Source: Saccostrea cucullata (Eukaryota). Taken from it: 64,000 nt of DNA. Both the position numbers and the translations under genes were made by a program. Location of the stretch: assembly GCF_032062105.1 (NCBI RefSeq), contig NW_026927023.1:1-64000 (forward strand), in the 5' to 3' direction. The notes under the pieces are model-generated. The model saw nothing but the letters and a program-made list of their open reading frames with translations. It did not search any database and had not been told where the DNA came from. This document shows positions 22,046 to 35,818 of this stretch, one piece after another (position 1 is the first letter of the stretch; each line of letters begins with the position of its first letter).

Positions 22046-23221
22046 CAAGATACTTTTAATTCATAATTGAAAGTGCTATCAGATGTTCGTAGACAACAGA
22101 GCAGCGTGCATTACTAATATTAAAAGTATCAGGAAAATAGCTATTTAATAAATATGTTCGAATTTTTAATGTCAGGGTAACTATTTTACATTAGAAGTAC
22201 AATAAAGAAAATGCCTAAATAAAGATACATGAGGAGTTATTGCCCTTGGTAACATTTATTAAATAATGAAAAATTGATTAAATGTAGAAATTATACATTT
22301 TCACAATTCGTTTATCCGAAAATTATTTGCATTACACTAATTGAAAAGCAATCATACAAAAGATATTTTTATATTGGGTATGAAGTTAAATTAATAACAG
22401 TTTTTGCAAAAACCTGTGACATCACAGAAGAGTGGAAGGCATTGATGGTCGTACACAACCCTAAACCCTTAATACAAGCAGCTAATATAGGAAGATTACG
22501 CGTCTTAACTGTACAACTTTTTTATCCTATATTTCATCGGAAAATTAAATTTTTAGATCTTATCCTCAATAGAAAATACCATAATACAAGGAATTAATAA
22601 TATCAAAATTTCAAAATTTTATTGAATTTCTGATTACCAATATAATAATTAACAGAAATCCCATCGATTTTATATCTTTGTCATTGTAACAATGAAGGGA
22701 GTTCATCGTTAATTTTTTTTTTATACTGATACATTTTAAAAAATAAGATACTTGCCTGTCCCTTTCTAAATAAAAAAAAAGAACTTTTATCGTAGAATTT
22801 GAACTTACTACAAGTTGCTTTCCTTTTGTATTAAAAGTCTTTCTTGAAAATAAACCATCTCGTCTTTATAAAAGGTGTACAATAATTCGCAGTTTATTGT
22901 ACTGAATGGTACTTTCTCGGTTAACTTATGTTCAGTACTGAATAACAGTTATTCCTCCACCAACTTTAAAGGTTTGACTGAATGTCTAACAAAGTGTTGA
23001 CAGTTTCTGCAAGTGAATTTATATATAATTTTTTTCAATGCTTAAAAATGAATGAAAACAGTGTAAAATAACTTTATTTTCTTTAAGCTTTGATGTATTA
23101 TACATTTTTACCTTCGATTGTTTGTTAGTGAGACTTAGTTTCACATCAGATTGTAGAGTCTTTACTTACACTGTGAAAAACATTTAATAAAATGTTGTTT
23201 TTTTGTCTCATTATTATTTAT

Positions 23222-23611
23222 TTATTAGGTCACCTGAGTAACTCAGGTGACCTATTGCTATCCGTTTTCGTCCGTCGTGCGTCGTGTGTTAACATTTGAA
23301 CATTTTCAGCTTCTTCTCTGAAACCACTGAACCAATTTCAACCAAATTTGGTATACAGCATTTATGGGTGAAGGGGAACAAAAATTGCTCATTTTATGGT
23401 CCCCGCCACCCTGGTCCCTGAGGGGTGGGGCAAAAACCACCAAAATATTGTTATCTTTAAAAATCTTCTTTACTCCTGGACATCAAGCAGGCAAACTGTT
23501 GGCATGAATGTAATGAGCATTGAGTCCTCTACCAAAATTGTGAAATTCATGGCCCCAGGTCCAGGGGTTCTAGTGCTAGGGCGGGGCTATATACATGTAG
23601 ATTATATAGTG

Positions 23612-23645
<34 letters not shown>

Positions 23646-26395
23646 GCTCCTGATTATTAAATAAACTAACTAAGTACATAGCTATGATGAGCTAGAATGC
23701 CTCTTCCAGATTTGTGAATTTTATGGCCCCAGAGTCAGGGGTTCTGGTGTTAGGGCGGGGCTCTATTGATTATATAGTGAAAATGCATTTATTCTTTGAA
23801 AATCTTCTTCTCTGCTTCTGGGATTAAATAAACTAACTAGGCACATAGTTATGATGAGCAAGAGTGCCTTTTCCAAAATTGTGAATTTTATGGCCCCAGG
23901 GTCAGGGGTTCTGGTGTTACGGTGGGGCTCTATTGATTATATAGTGAAAATGCATTTATTCTTTCAAAATCTTCTTCCCTGCTTCTGAGTATTAAATAAA
24001 CTAACTAAGCACATCGCTATGATAATCAAGAGTGCCTTTTCCAAAATTGTGAATTTTATGGCCCAAGGGTCAGGGGTTCTGGTGTTAGGGCGGGGCTCTA
24101 TTGATTATATAGTGAAAATGCATTTATTCTTTGAAAATCTTCTTCTCTGCTTCTGAGTATTAAATAAACTAACTAAGCACATCGCTATGATGAGCTAGAA
24201 TGCCTCTTTTAAAATTATGAATTTTATGGCCCCAGGATCAGAGGTTCTGGTGTTAGGGCGGGGCTCTATTGATTGTATAGTGAAAATGCATTTATTCTTT
24301 GAAAATCTTCTTCTCTGCTTCTGGGTATTAAATAAACGAACTAAGTACATAGTTATGATGAGCAAGAGTGCCTCTTCCAAAATTGTGAATTTTATGGCCC
24401 CAGGGTCAGGGGTTCTGGTGTTAGGGCGGGGCTCTATTGATAAAATAGTAAAAATACATTAATTTTTTGAAAATATTTTCCTTTGCTTCTGGTTTTATGA
24501 TGAAGAAAGGTGCATCTAGCAAAGTGGGTTTTTTATGCCCCCTGGGTCTGAGTAGTCTGCAAATAAATTAATGCTTTGAAATCTGCTCTTTGGTATTAAT
24601 CAACCATTTTATGATAAAATTTTTGAAATATAATAAACTAACTAAGGACACAGTTATGATGACCAAGAGTGCCTTTTCCGAAATTGTGAATTTTATAGCC
24701 CCAGGGTCAGGGTTCTGGTGTTAGGGCGGGGCTCTATTGATTATATAGTGAAAATGCATTTATTCTTTGAAAATCTTCTTCCCTGCTTCTGAGTATTAAA
24801 TAAACTAACTAAGCACATCGCTATGATGATCAAGAGTGCCTTTTCCAAAATTGTGAATTTTATGGCCCAAGGGTCAGGGATTCTGGTGTTAAGGCAGGGC
24901 TCTATTGATTATATAGTAAAAATGCATTTATTCTTTGAAAATCTTCTTCTCTGCTTCTGGGTATTAAATAAACTAACTAAGTACATAGTTATGATGAGCG
25001 AGAGTGCCTCCTGTAAAATTGTGAATTTTATGGCCCCAGGGTCAGGGGTTCTGGTGTTAGGGCGGGGCTCTATTGATCATATGGTGAAAATGCATTTATT
25101 CTTTGAAAATCTTCTTCTCTGCTTCTGAGTATTAAATAAATCAAGCACATTTTATGCCTCTTTTAAAAAAATTTTTTGAAATATAATGAAAAAACTTTGA
25201 AAATCTTCTTCTCTGCTTCTGGGTATTAAATAAGAACTAAGTACATAGTTATGATGAGCAAGAGTGCCTTTTCCAAAATTGTGAATTTTATGGCCCCAGG
25301 GTCAGGGGTTCTGGTGTTAGGGCGGGGCTCTATAAAATAGTAAAAATACATTAATTTTTTGAAAATATATGATGAAAATGCAAATTTATTCTTTGCAAAT
25401 AAATTAATGCTTTGAAATCTGCTCTTTGTATTAATCAACCATTTTATGATAAAATTTTTAAATATAATAAACTAACTAAGGACACAGTTATGATGAGCAA
25501 GAGTGCCTTTTCCGAAATTGTGAATTTTATAGCCCCAGGGTCAGGGTTCTGGTGTTAGGGCGGGGCTCTATTGATTATATAGTGAAAATGCATTTATTCT
25601 TTGAAAATCTTCTTCCCTGCTTCTGAGTATTAAATAAACTAACTAAAAACATCGTTATGATGAGCAAGAGTGCCTTTTCCAAAATTGTGAATTTTATGGC
25701 CCCAGGATCAGAGGTTCTGGTGTTAGGGCGGGGCTCTATTGATTATATAGTGAAAATGCATTTATTTTTTGAAAATCTTCTTCTCTGCTTCTGGGTATTA
25801 AATAAACTAACTAAGTACATAGTTATGATGAGCAAGAGTGCCTCTTCCAAAATTGTGAATTTTATGGCCCCAGGGTCAGGGGTTCTGATGTTAGGGCGGG
25901 GCTCTATTGATTATATAGTAAAAATACATTAATTTTTTGAAAATATTTTCCTTTGCTTCTGGTTTTATGATGAAGAAAGGTGCATCTAGCAAAGTGGGTT
26001 TTTTATGCCCCCTGGGTCAGAAGGGGGGGGGGGGGAGTACATAGTCTGCAAATAAATTAATGCTTTGAAATCTGCTCTTTGGTATTAATCAACAATTTTA
26101 TGATAAAATTTGCAAATTTTTTTTAAATATGTGGCCCCTGGGTCAGTGGTTCCTTTGGGGTGAGGTGCACAACTGGGTATAAAGTGGAAGTGCATTTTCT
26201 CTTTGTTACTCTGATCTACCTCTGGGTATTAAGTAAATAGAGTAAGCATGCCAAGTTAATAATTATGATAAGCAATGGTGCCTCTTTCAACATTGTGAAT
26301 TTCTTCGCCACTGGTTTAAAACACGAACCAAATTTAATTGTTTGAAAGTTGTTGCACAATACTCAGGTGACCTATAATACCCGTGGGCCTCTTGT
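23222..26395 (+). mobile_element. HINE carrying a ~166-bp Cg170-like satellite array
   Basis: 5' taggtcacctgagtaactcaggtgaccta palindrome, cgtc microsatellite, >12 monomers, 3' actcaggtgaccta...gggcctcttgt. Confidence 0.88.
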
Positions 26396-29300
26396 CATTT
26401 ACAGGTCTGTCTGTTCATTACAAGTACTTTTGTATTAGAAAATAAATATACTTGCATCATTCTCTTATTTTACTAACCCAATACAAATACATTATTTACA
26501 ATGGTTAATGACAAAGGGGAATAATTTGTTTCACTAACATATCTACTGCCCCCCTTTCACCTGACTCTGATGTCATAGATTTCATAAATTTGGAAAAGGC
26601 ATTCTAGCGCATTATAACCACACCCTTACTTTGTTAACACAATGCCCAAGAGATTTTCAAAGAAGTAATGCATTTTCACCATATAATCGATTAATGACAT
26701 TCCTCCCTAACACCAAAACCCCTTACCGTGTATCGTGAAATTAAGAATTTTAAAAGAGACACCCTTCTTGATCATTTTTATATAATTATGTTTTTATTTT
26801 CTTCAACCTAATACCAAGGAGCAGAGGATAAGATCTTCAAAGCATTAATTCAATTTCATTTATAGATCTTCCCTTTCGGTGAACCCCGGACCATGGGGTC
26901 ACACATTTTACAAATTGGGATGAGGCACCCTTGCTCATCATAACTAAGAGGTCTTCATTTATTTAGTCGGCTTAATACCCAAGAGCATTGAAAGAAGAAC
27001 ATTGTTAAAGAAATGATGTATTTTCACTATTCAATCAACAGAGAAACGTCTTTAAACTAGAATCCCTTACCCATGGGTCATTTTAGAAAAAGAAACTCTT
27101 CCTCATCATAGCTATACTATATATAATTGTTTCCTTTCAACCTACGGACAAAGAATAATTATGAATTTATAAGAAATAATTTTACACGATACATTCAACA
27201 AAGCACCACCCTAATACCAGAACTTCTGACCCTAGGACCATGAAATTAACAATTTTGGTAGAGGGCTCAATACTCATATGCATTATAATCATTTAGATAA
27301 ACTGACTTTCCTTCATGATTTGAACATTTTTGAATCTACACTATCAAAACGATTTCACAGTTTCATATTTTCTAGCACAGTAGTTCTTAAGCAAAATTTT
27401 AAAAGAAAGACCTACATGTAAGCCCACGAAGGGTCAAAATATGCCTTGTAAAATGGTCAAAATTAAAATGAAGTTTTGACCAAATATTTTGTGCTTAAAA
27501 GATAGTCTAGGTATTCTAGTTTATCAAAGTGGAAAAAATCTCGGAGTTCCGTACTTGTACACCTGAGATCTACAGCCCCAAACTCATAGAGATACAGGAA
27601 TTTGCTTGATTTTTCACATTTTTCGTGATGAAATGGTCAAATTTTATATAAAGCACATGCAGGCAAGGCCCCAATTAATTTAGGGTTCAGTTTAAAACTA
27701 ACATCAAGAGGTTTCTATTTTTGAAGAAAAAAATGTGGGGCAGATGTGTACTCATACCTTAAAAAGAACTTTCCAAAAAATCCGAATTTCCTCAATTTCA
27801 ACCCTTTTGCCCATTGTAAATTATATCGTTTAGATTTTGTTAGAAAATTGCACATTTTTCATAAAACGTATCATACTACGATTTTTTAGTTGATCACTAA
27901 CACTTTAGTAAGTGTTTAGGTCCATTATTTAAATTATTGACGTTTTTTTGGGGGGGGCAGTTTACTGTAATTAGTTGAATCCCACACTAGAGGTAAACAT
28001 TTGGAACTTTTCTTTTAAAACGTCTGTATCATATAGGAGCAAGAAAAGAATAAATTTTAAAAAAAATTACTATATAAGGGCTTCATAACTTTTCAAAAAC
28101 ACACACACACACAAAAAACATTAATTTTTTAAGTTGACTACAGATACGGAGTGTATATTCGAAGTTTATACTTCATGTTCGCTATTGTTATTGTTTGGCA
28201 TTGCTCAGTAAAATGGACAACATGAAATACGCACGTATAACAAGTAAAATTCTACATCTTCATCCTTAATTTAAAATCATGGCTTTTGCTTAAACCATCA
28301 TGTTTGTATACGATGATATATCAGCCTGCACGAACTACCATCTGGAAGATCGGTCTACAGCAGGTGAGAAGTGAAAGTAAAGTTTTCACTAAATACCAGA
28401 AAGGACAAAAAAGTTTTATAAATAAATAAAGACACATTAATTTTCTGTTGTTTTTAAAGTAACAGCCACGTAGCATAATTTTTGAAAGGGGGCAGCCAGA
28501 ATTTTTTTTTTTCACTTACCAGAAAAAAGTTGCCAAGCAAAAAAAAAAAGGGGGGGGGTAAATAGAAAAGAAGCCCAAAGTCGAAAATCCTACTTCGTGG
28601 GGTGTGTGTGTGTGGGGGGGGGGCAACTTGTTTCAATGCCTTCCAGTACCAATTTTTATACTAGATTTTTTTATATCACAAAAAGTTGAGGGGCCAACCA
28701 GCCTTTTAATGAACATTTCCTATAGAATAACTAAAGTACTGTTGGGGAAAAAGGGGGCAGCCCCCCCCCCCTTGTTGCTACACTGTACGTGCCTGACTAA
28801 TACTTATAGCTTTTGGGTAAATTAGGAATGGAAATCATCTTTTTTCAGGCATTATTAGAGCTATGAAGGTCTTACGAAGAAATATTGGGGATGGAGGGTT
28901 GAAGCCACGAACCCACAAAAAAATTCCTGGACTAGCAGGAGTAAATAACGTAAAGGTACAATATTGTTCAGGGGATAAAGCCGCAATTAATCATTATTAT
29001 CTATCTTTTAGTGTAAATTGGCATTAGTAGGCATAAAACACCTCAGTTCAAATAAACTGGTCTTCAAATATGTATTTAAAATTACTGTAAGTCATATTCA
29101 GAGCCCCGTTCCTCCCCTCCGATGTATATGTATATCAATTAATAAGTCATGAGATAAGATAAATGAATCAAATGTGTTAAAGACGACATTACTGACAACA
29201 TAATTTTAGACAAATAAAACTTTTCCGAGAGTTTTGGATGAGAAATATAATGTCTCAGAGCGGGAGATTGTCCTCGCCTTTTACGCCCTCTTTCTTTTAT

Positions 29301-29434
29301 CAGTAATTTGCAGTTTAATTAAAAGCTATAATTTTAGATTCAGTGGTTGATTTTTTTTTTTTATTTAATAGAAGTGTATGCCTTTGACTGCCAATAGGAT
29401 GTATGAACATGCTTAACTTTGGTTTCATCATTTC

Positions 29435-29437
<3 letters not shown>

Positions 29438-29509
<72 letters not shown>
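29438..29509. repeat. (TA)n microsatellite (others at ~29654-29704 and ~31187-31242)
   Basis: Read directly. Confidence 0.98.
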
Positions 29510-29512
<3 letters not shown>

Positions 29513-29547
29513 AAACAGAAAAAAATCCACAGTGCTCGGTAGTTTAC

Positions 29548-29654
29548 AGGTAAATCTTTTTAAAAAAGAAACACGAAAACTTCTGAAGATTTGAAATGAA
29601 AGCGCTTAAGCTAAACTAAAGGTTTTCGTGTTTCTTTTTTAAAAAGATTTACCT
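29548..29654. repeat. 107-bp fold-back with perfect 33-bp arms (mini-MITE)
   Basis: aggtaaatctttttaaaaaagaaacacgaaaac at 29548-29580 is inverted at 29622-29654. Confidence 0.9.
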
Positions 29655-29666
29655 ATATATATATAT

Positions 29667-29704
<38 letters not shown>

Positions 29705-29705
<1 letters not shown>

Positions 29706-31185
29706 CTCTTCAAAAAAAGAAACGCATAGTAGGAACAATGCCCTGAAAATTTTTGATAGTTTTGTCATACCTTTTATTTTTGTATGAATACGATGTATTC
29801 GAGTAAAATGAATGATTTTTTAATGCAATTGTTAACTTTACAGTTATTCTACAAGTCTCACAGACAAAAAGTCCTGATTTTGCAAAATTTCCCCCAAAAT
29901 GTTGATCTCAATTTTCATTTGTTGAATTCCGATGCAATTCCTTTAGGTACTAAGGGGCTATCAAAAGCGGGGGTTCTCGATATTTTGAATCTTGTTTTAT
30001 CTGAAAAATGACGCCTCCTAAAATTGCTGCATCTGAATGTTGCGTGGAACAAAAAGGAAAATGGGCGACTGGAAGCAGGGGTACCGCACTCTACAGTTGC
30101 AAGAGGTTTTAATGTTACACACAAACCATATCTAACATATAAAATGTAAACCATTAACATCGAACACCCAATATTTGCAAAAAATATGGTAGACTACGTG
30201 TGACATCAGCAGTACAGCATCACTTCCGAGGATTACGCAAATTGCATGCATGTAATGCAAGGACGTCATCTAAAGCATTAGTTATCCCTGAATTGAACAG
30301 ATCATCTAACAAGACCGTTTTCAGTTGACTACGAATTATTGCAAGAGGATTTTTCATGTCATTGTTCCGATACAACACCCCAAATATCGATTCAAAGATC
30401 TCAGATGAATAGAGTATGACCACAACAACTGCTGAACATTTTGGTTAACCTAATACTCCAAAATGTTTATCTGAAAGCCTCTTATAAGTTTAAGAGTGCT
30501 AATGCTTTTTAATGAAGGTTAGATAGATAACTGCCTCCAGGACGTTAAAAAAGTTGGTGGTGGTAGTGTAATGATATGGAAAATGGTATTATAAGAAAGT
30601 AAGATTGATTTGGTTCGAATCCAATACACGTTGATTGCAAAAGGTACTCTAACCATGTTCTACCTACACATACCCATTCAATTATGCAGCATCCTAGAGC
30701 CGTATTGCAATCACACAATATACAGCCACATATGGCTCATTTGACACACCTATTCTTGCTAAGAAACAACAACTTGTTTCAGTCACAGTCATCTAAATTG
30801 CTAGATTTAATCCAAATTAAGCAGCATTTGCCAAAATGGATTAAAATGATTTGCCAAAGACAATCGCATCCCCAGACTCTGCAACACCTGACTAAATTAC
30901 TACACTTGGAGTGGGAGAGTATTCCTATACAGTTTTTGTTTCACACATTTGCTTCCATTAGATGCCGTTTGTGGCTATCATTTGTGTCTGCGGGGGGCAT
31001 ACCAGATATTGATCTTCCATGCTCTTAAATTAAATATAATTTTAAAATTGTTGAGTAATTATGACATTTAGATAGTATTCCTATTGCTTACCACATTTCT
31101 GTTTTATCAATGCATCATTTTACTAAATAATCTTTATGTTCAATGTGTCACTAAAATTCTACGATGCGTTTCTTTTTTTGAAGAG

Positions 31186-31186
<1 letters not shown>
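29705..31186 (+). mobile_element. Degenerate Tc1-family transposon
   Basis: 23-bp TIR actcttcaaaaaaagaaacgcat flanked by (TA)n; transposase remnants GRLEAGVPHSTVARGFNV, GGGSVMIW and decayed QDNA.PH / SPDLNPIEH-like blocks. Confidence 0.85.
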
Positions 31187-31245
<59 letters not shown>

Positions 31246-33224
31246 TCAACCTTTATTTACACTTGACAACGAAGATGAATTGCCTAAACATGTATGCATC
31301 CATTTCTTTGATCACTTCCTGTGACGACCGGAAGTGTCGACGGCGGACGATCTTAACAAAAATGGGCTCGCCTACTATGACTAGGATAAAATCTTATTTT
31401 CATTAATAAAGGCTTCTTTACACACAAGACATCTGGGAAAAATAAAATTGTCGGCTTATTACAAGTAAATGATTTTTCAAGCTCAAGAATATACTCATCA
31501 TATTCAAAGGTGTGCTGAAATCTCGGTGATGTCTTTATCATATTAACAGTCCACTATAATGAATCTGTGGTTTGTAGTAAAATTAATGTCTGGAAACCTT
31601 TAACGATCTTGTAAATATTTTTTGTTACATTTGTTAATTTCTGAACGATTTGACCTGGGACATCGCCCATGATAAATGATTATCACGTCCCAGATTTTTT
31701 ATGCGAATATTCGGAAGGTTTAATGTTGATAAAGATGGCTAAATGGTTATTGACCAAACTGTATCTGTTGACAATATGGCGAGTGTTTCCGCAAAACTCC
31801 TTACAGGAACATCTTTATGCAATCAAAATTCCATAAAAATTGAATTCAACCAGAGTTTTTTTTTAACGGGCATCGGTTTGGTGGATATTTGCGCATTCTG
31901 GCAGTCATTTTTCAAATATTACATACACAAGAGTTCGCTAAATAACTTTAAACGGATGAATAATGATTTCTATGATAGGGGTGCAAGCTAGCGCACTCTC
32001 ATACACAACTTGTTATTTTGAAATTAATCACGTTAAAATCTTATTTTACATTTGTCCGTAACAGAGTAGGGGGAGGTAACTTTTTTTCTGACAATTTTCT
32101 TTTGCCTAGTTATGAAAATTCTTATTAAGATGCTACCTATTGCTAAAACTAAAAGGTTAAACACTGGCAAATTCCTGCATTTAAGAAAAATAAGAGGAAG
32201 CCACCCCACCCCAAACAGAATAGGATTTTTAATTTTGAGTAGTTGCAGTCACAGGGGCCGGTAATTATTAGATAAGTATATTTCATTTTTACGTTTCAGC
32301 TATATAAATATAATATGTTTTACTGTGTGACCGTTGGGGCGAGCGCAGTTGTACCATCAAAAACACTTGAAAAATTGATCAGCCACTTCATACATCAAGC
32401 CGCACGAGACATCTCGACTAGCTGTGACGTCACACGACGTCACGGAGCTCGTCGGAGCTTACGGAGACAGCCGAGCGTCTCGTTGAAACTATAGACCTAG
32501 TGCAACTTAGGTCGAAAAACATTGCGAGTTATTTTTTGTTTCTTTGAAAGATTTCTACAAACTGAAAGCCTTTTATGCTTTACGTCATTATTTATTTATT
32601 TATTCGCGCAAAGGACATTGGGTAGTGTAGGAATTCTGGGAATGTTTCACAGAGAAATTTGCCTGACGTATGTACAGATTTCAATCCGAATTACCTCTGT
32701 TCATACACGTTAGTCTACTGAGCTCGCTTCGCGACGCTCGCTGCGCTCGCTATAATATACACATGTACATATACAAAGTAAGAAATATTTCTTTTGGTGT
32801 ATTTAGTGAATAAGTAAAATCAAACATATATAGTATTACCGGCCAATGTGGGTGCAGTTTATCAGGGGGTTGTTACTGCATGTTAATTTTTTGTGGAGGT
32901 TCCCTCCCCCATCCTCACCCCCACCCCCAACTTACTTTCGAAAATGAACCATTGCTATTGGGCCTTGCAATGTTAGGATCGCACAAAATATTACTGGTCA
33001 TGTACTTAGTATTCTATCATTGAACTGATAATGTCATACCTGGTATTCAATTATCCAAGTCATTTATGTTTTTACAATCACATAATTTTTATTGCCCTAT
33101 ATGACGTTACAATATGTTATACAAATTATAACGTTCCGTTCACAATTGTCTAGTACAACAATGCCTTACTGCAAACTCTTTTAAAGGAAAAGTAATATAG
33201 ATATCCAAAAAAAAAAAAGTTCTA

Positions 33225-33548
33225 CCCTAACAAAAAAATACTATAGTTAACTATAGTTAACTATAGTTATAACTTTGACACTTTGAAAACTTTGATTTAC
33301 TATAGTGATAACTTTGACACTTTGAAAAACTTTGGCGAAAACTTTGACACTTTGAAAAACTTGGATACTTTGAAAAACTTTGGCGAAAACTTTGACACTT
33401 TGAAAACTTTGGCGAAAACTTTGACACTATGAAAAACTTTGGCGAAAACTTTGACACTTTGAAAAACTTTGGCGAAAACTTTGACACTTTGATTTACTAT
33501 AGTTAATTATAGTAAACTATAGTTAACTATAGTATTTTTTTGTTAGGG
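33225..33548. mobile_element. EnSpm/CMC-like MITE with an internal ~30-bp minisatellite
   Basis: TIR ccctaacaaaaaaatactatagttaactatagt, TA TSD, CCC...GGG termini, internal ttgacactttgaaaaactttggcgaaaact repeats. Confidence 0.8.
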
Positions 33549-33670
33549 TATAAAGCTTGAAGTCAACACTATCTGTTATCAAGATTTCATTAAATTTTTT
33601 AATGAGGCATTTTTTGACCCTTCGTGGGCTTAACTCTTTTTTCACAATTTTTAAAATTATCAAGCCCTTT

Positions 33671-33733
33671 GACCGCCGAAACATGGCTGAAAAAATGCCG
33701 ACTCGGCGTTAAACAATATTCAATCATTCAATC
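33671..33733 (+). mobile_element. Very short 5'-truncated retroposon tail
   Basis: (caat)n tail, flanked by near-identical tcaagcc(c/t)ttt. Confidence 0.55.
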
Positions 33734-34067
33734 AAGCCTTTTGAAGAGGATGTGGCCCTTCATTGATGAATCTTGAATCCTCTTTACCCAGGGATACTCT
33801 GTTCCAATTTAGTTGATATTTGTCCAGTGGTTAAGAGAAGATGAAACTGTGAAAAAGTTTACAGACGAATGCCTTACAAAATGTGTTAAGAAAAACCTCA
33901 CTTGGGCTGAAAAATTGACGTCTTTTCATTATTGATTTTCCTTCTCGTATGTTATTTTCGTAGAATATAACAATTTATAAAACATTTTAATCAGAATTTA
34001 CTACATCCTTATTAATTTCTGTTTGACAATTTCACCACTCTATACTTGTAATGACATCGATAAACAT

Positions 34068-35818
34068 TTAAGTATATTTATAAGTAAAGTCATGACATTT
34101 TATGCGTTCCTCTAATTTTGATCCATCCAAGTGATTTATCAGAAACCAGTCAGTTGACTTTCTTTGGATATTTGTATTTACTGGCTTTTTGCCTACAGTC
34201 TTTAGTATTCCAACGCCGACGGTAAATGATCCTTTTGTAGAAAGTTCACATTCGTTGTCATCTTGAACATTAAATTCGACAAGAAGAATTTTCTTCCCAA
34301 GTTCTGCTACGTCAACTGAACATACAAAGTAGTCGGAAGTGTCGATGTTCTCTTTATCAGGAAACTGTCCCTTTTCAGCCAGATTATTTGGGCATGTTTT
34401 CCTTATGCTACTTTGCTTTGCATTTTTTTGATCCCTTTTTTGTTTACATTTTCCGCCTCTGTAACTTTTTGATACAGCAGTGTTTAATAATTTCGTAAAA
34501 AGAGTTTTTCTTACAGCCACATTTTCTCCTTTCTTAACTGGAACCAGAAGAAATGAGTGTTTTTTCCTATTTGGTTGATCTCTTGCGTACTTTGGTAATC
34601 TGCCATACAAAAGTTTAAAATCGACCTTCCTTCCATCCTTTACGAAAGCAACATGTTTATCTTTAAAGGATAAATCTACTTCTCGTTTTAAGCGTTTATC
34701 TAAAATAGACAGAATATATTTTAAGTACCGTAACGTCCTATTTCCAATCATTCTATGTAAGAGAGGAAATTGTTGCAAATACAAAAACTGGACCTGCAGC
34801 ATATCTTTTAAATCTCCGCAAATAAAAAAAAAATTCCAGGGTTACAATCTTATGATGTAATGCTTTTTCGGAATATGAAGTATGGTTTGCGCGATTTGAA
34901 TGACTGAGAACAAGATTTATCATCATATCGTTAAAATTCATAAAATAAACATGTATTTATGATCTGAAACCCGTTAATATCATTCGAAACTTTCCGTACA
35001 TGTAAAACAAAACTTAATGTCTATCACAATTAAATGGACTATATTTAATAACATAATTTTAATTTTCTAGTTTTATTTTCTTTCTACTTGACGGGGATTG
35101 CCATTTACTTCCTTCTTTACATTCAATAGCTAAAAATGCAGTGTATAATGCTGAAAGTGTTCTTTTACTCATTAAGTGGTTTGAAGTTCACTCTTTTTTA
35201 TTGATTAAAAAGAATACTTGTTCGGAAAGGCAATCGAGAAACCGCTTAATTAAAAATATATCATGCAATTTAACGAACAATTAGAAGCAAGGATTTTTGT
35301 TGATTGCAATTTTTGTCCTATACATGTAATATCCACACCAAGTCGTTAAGAGGAAATGTGTGCTCTTTTAGCACATTTGTGTAAAATTTATATATTACAA
35401 CGTGTAATTCATATTCTGTATACTTGGATAAAGTCTCAGTTAAGAAAGAACACTTTTAATTGGTCTTTGCAAATAAGATAACTAGGATTTGCAGAATTTA
35501 AAAGGAAAACAAAACAAATTTCATACAAATAAAATACTTACACCTGTATCTTCTTAATGGCATAAATTTTCAAACAACGAGATATTGTACACATATTTTT
35601 TTTTACTTTCAGCCTTTAAAATAATTTTATCTCTGTTATAGTTTTCTCCAGTTTTCATATAATTTCAATGTCTATATAATGAATGTTGATTTAAATCAAA
35701 GTTTGCATATAGTAAAATAAAGATAATGTTGATATATCTCACCTGTTTGCACAGATTGACATATAATGAGTTCACATGCGTATCCAATCAGTATTGCTTT
35801 GACACAAATATTGAACAT
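34068..35818 (-). pseudogene. Orphan gene or pseudogene: 244-aa terminal ORF with putative upstream exons
   Basis: 735-bp ORF in AT-rich DNA; signal-peptide-like exon 35818-35743 (MFNICVKAILIGYACELIICQSVQT, donor gtgag); intervening candidate exons contain stops and a poly-T frameshift at ~34830. Confidence 0.45.

Larger units (their letters stand above)
27421..33630. mobile_element. 6.2-kb unclassified non-autonomous TIR element with nested inserts
   Basis: 26-bp TIR agcccacgaagggtcaaaa(t/a)atgcct (25/26 match), TA on both sides. Confidence 0.8.
26460..33915 (-). mobile_element. Old, degenerate HINE split by the 27421-33630 insertion
   Basis: Decayed antisense Cg170-like monomers at 26560-27400; terminal part (ccttttgaagagg...gatgaaactgtgaaaaagtttacagacg...ggctgaaaaa) resumes after 33633. 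Confidence 0.55.

Noticed and set aside
23396-25932. Repetitive ORFs (MAPGSGVLVLGRG...)
   Set aside because: Chance frames through satellite monomers
29315-31324. YIYIYI-rich ORFs
   Set aside because: Translations of (TA)n microsatellites
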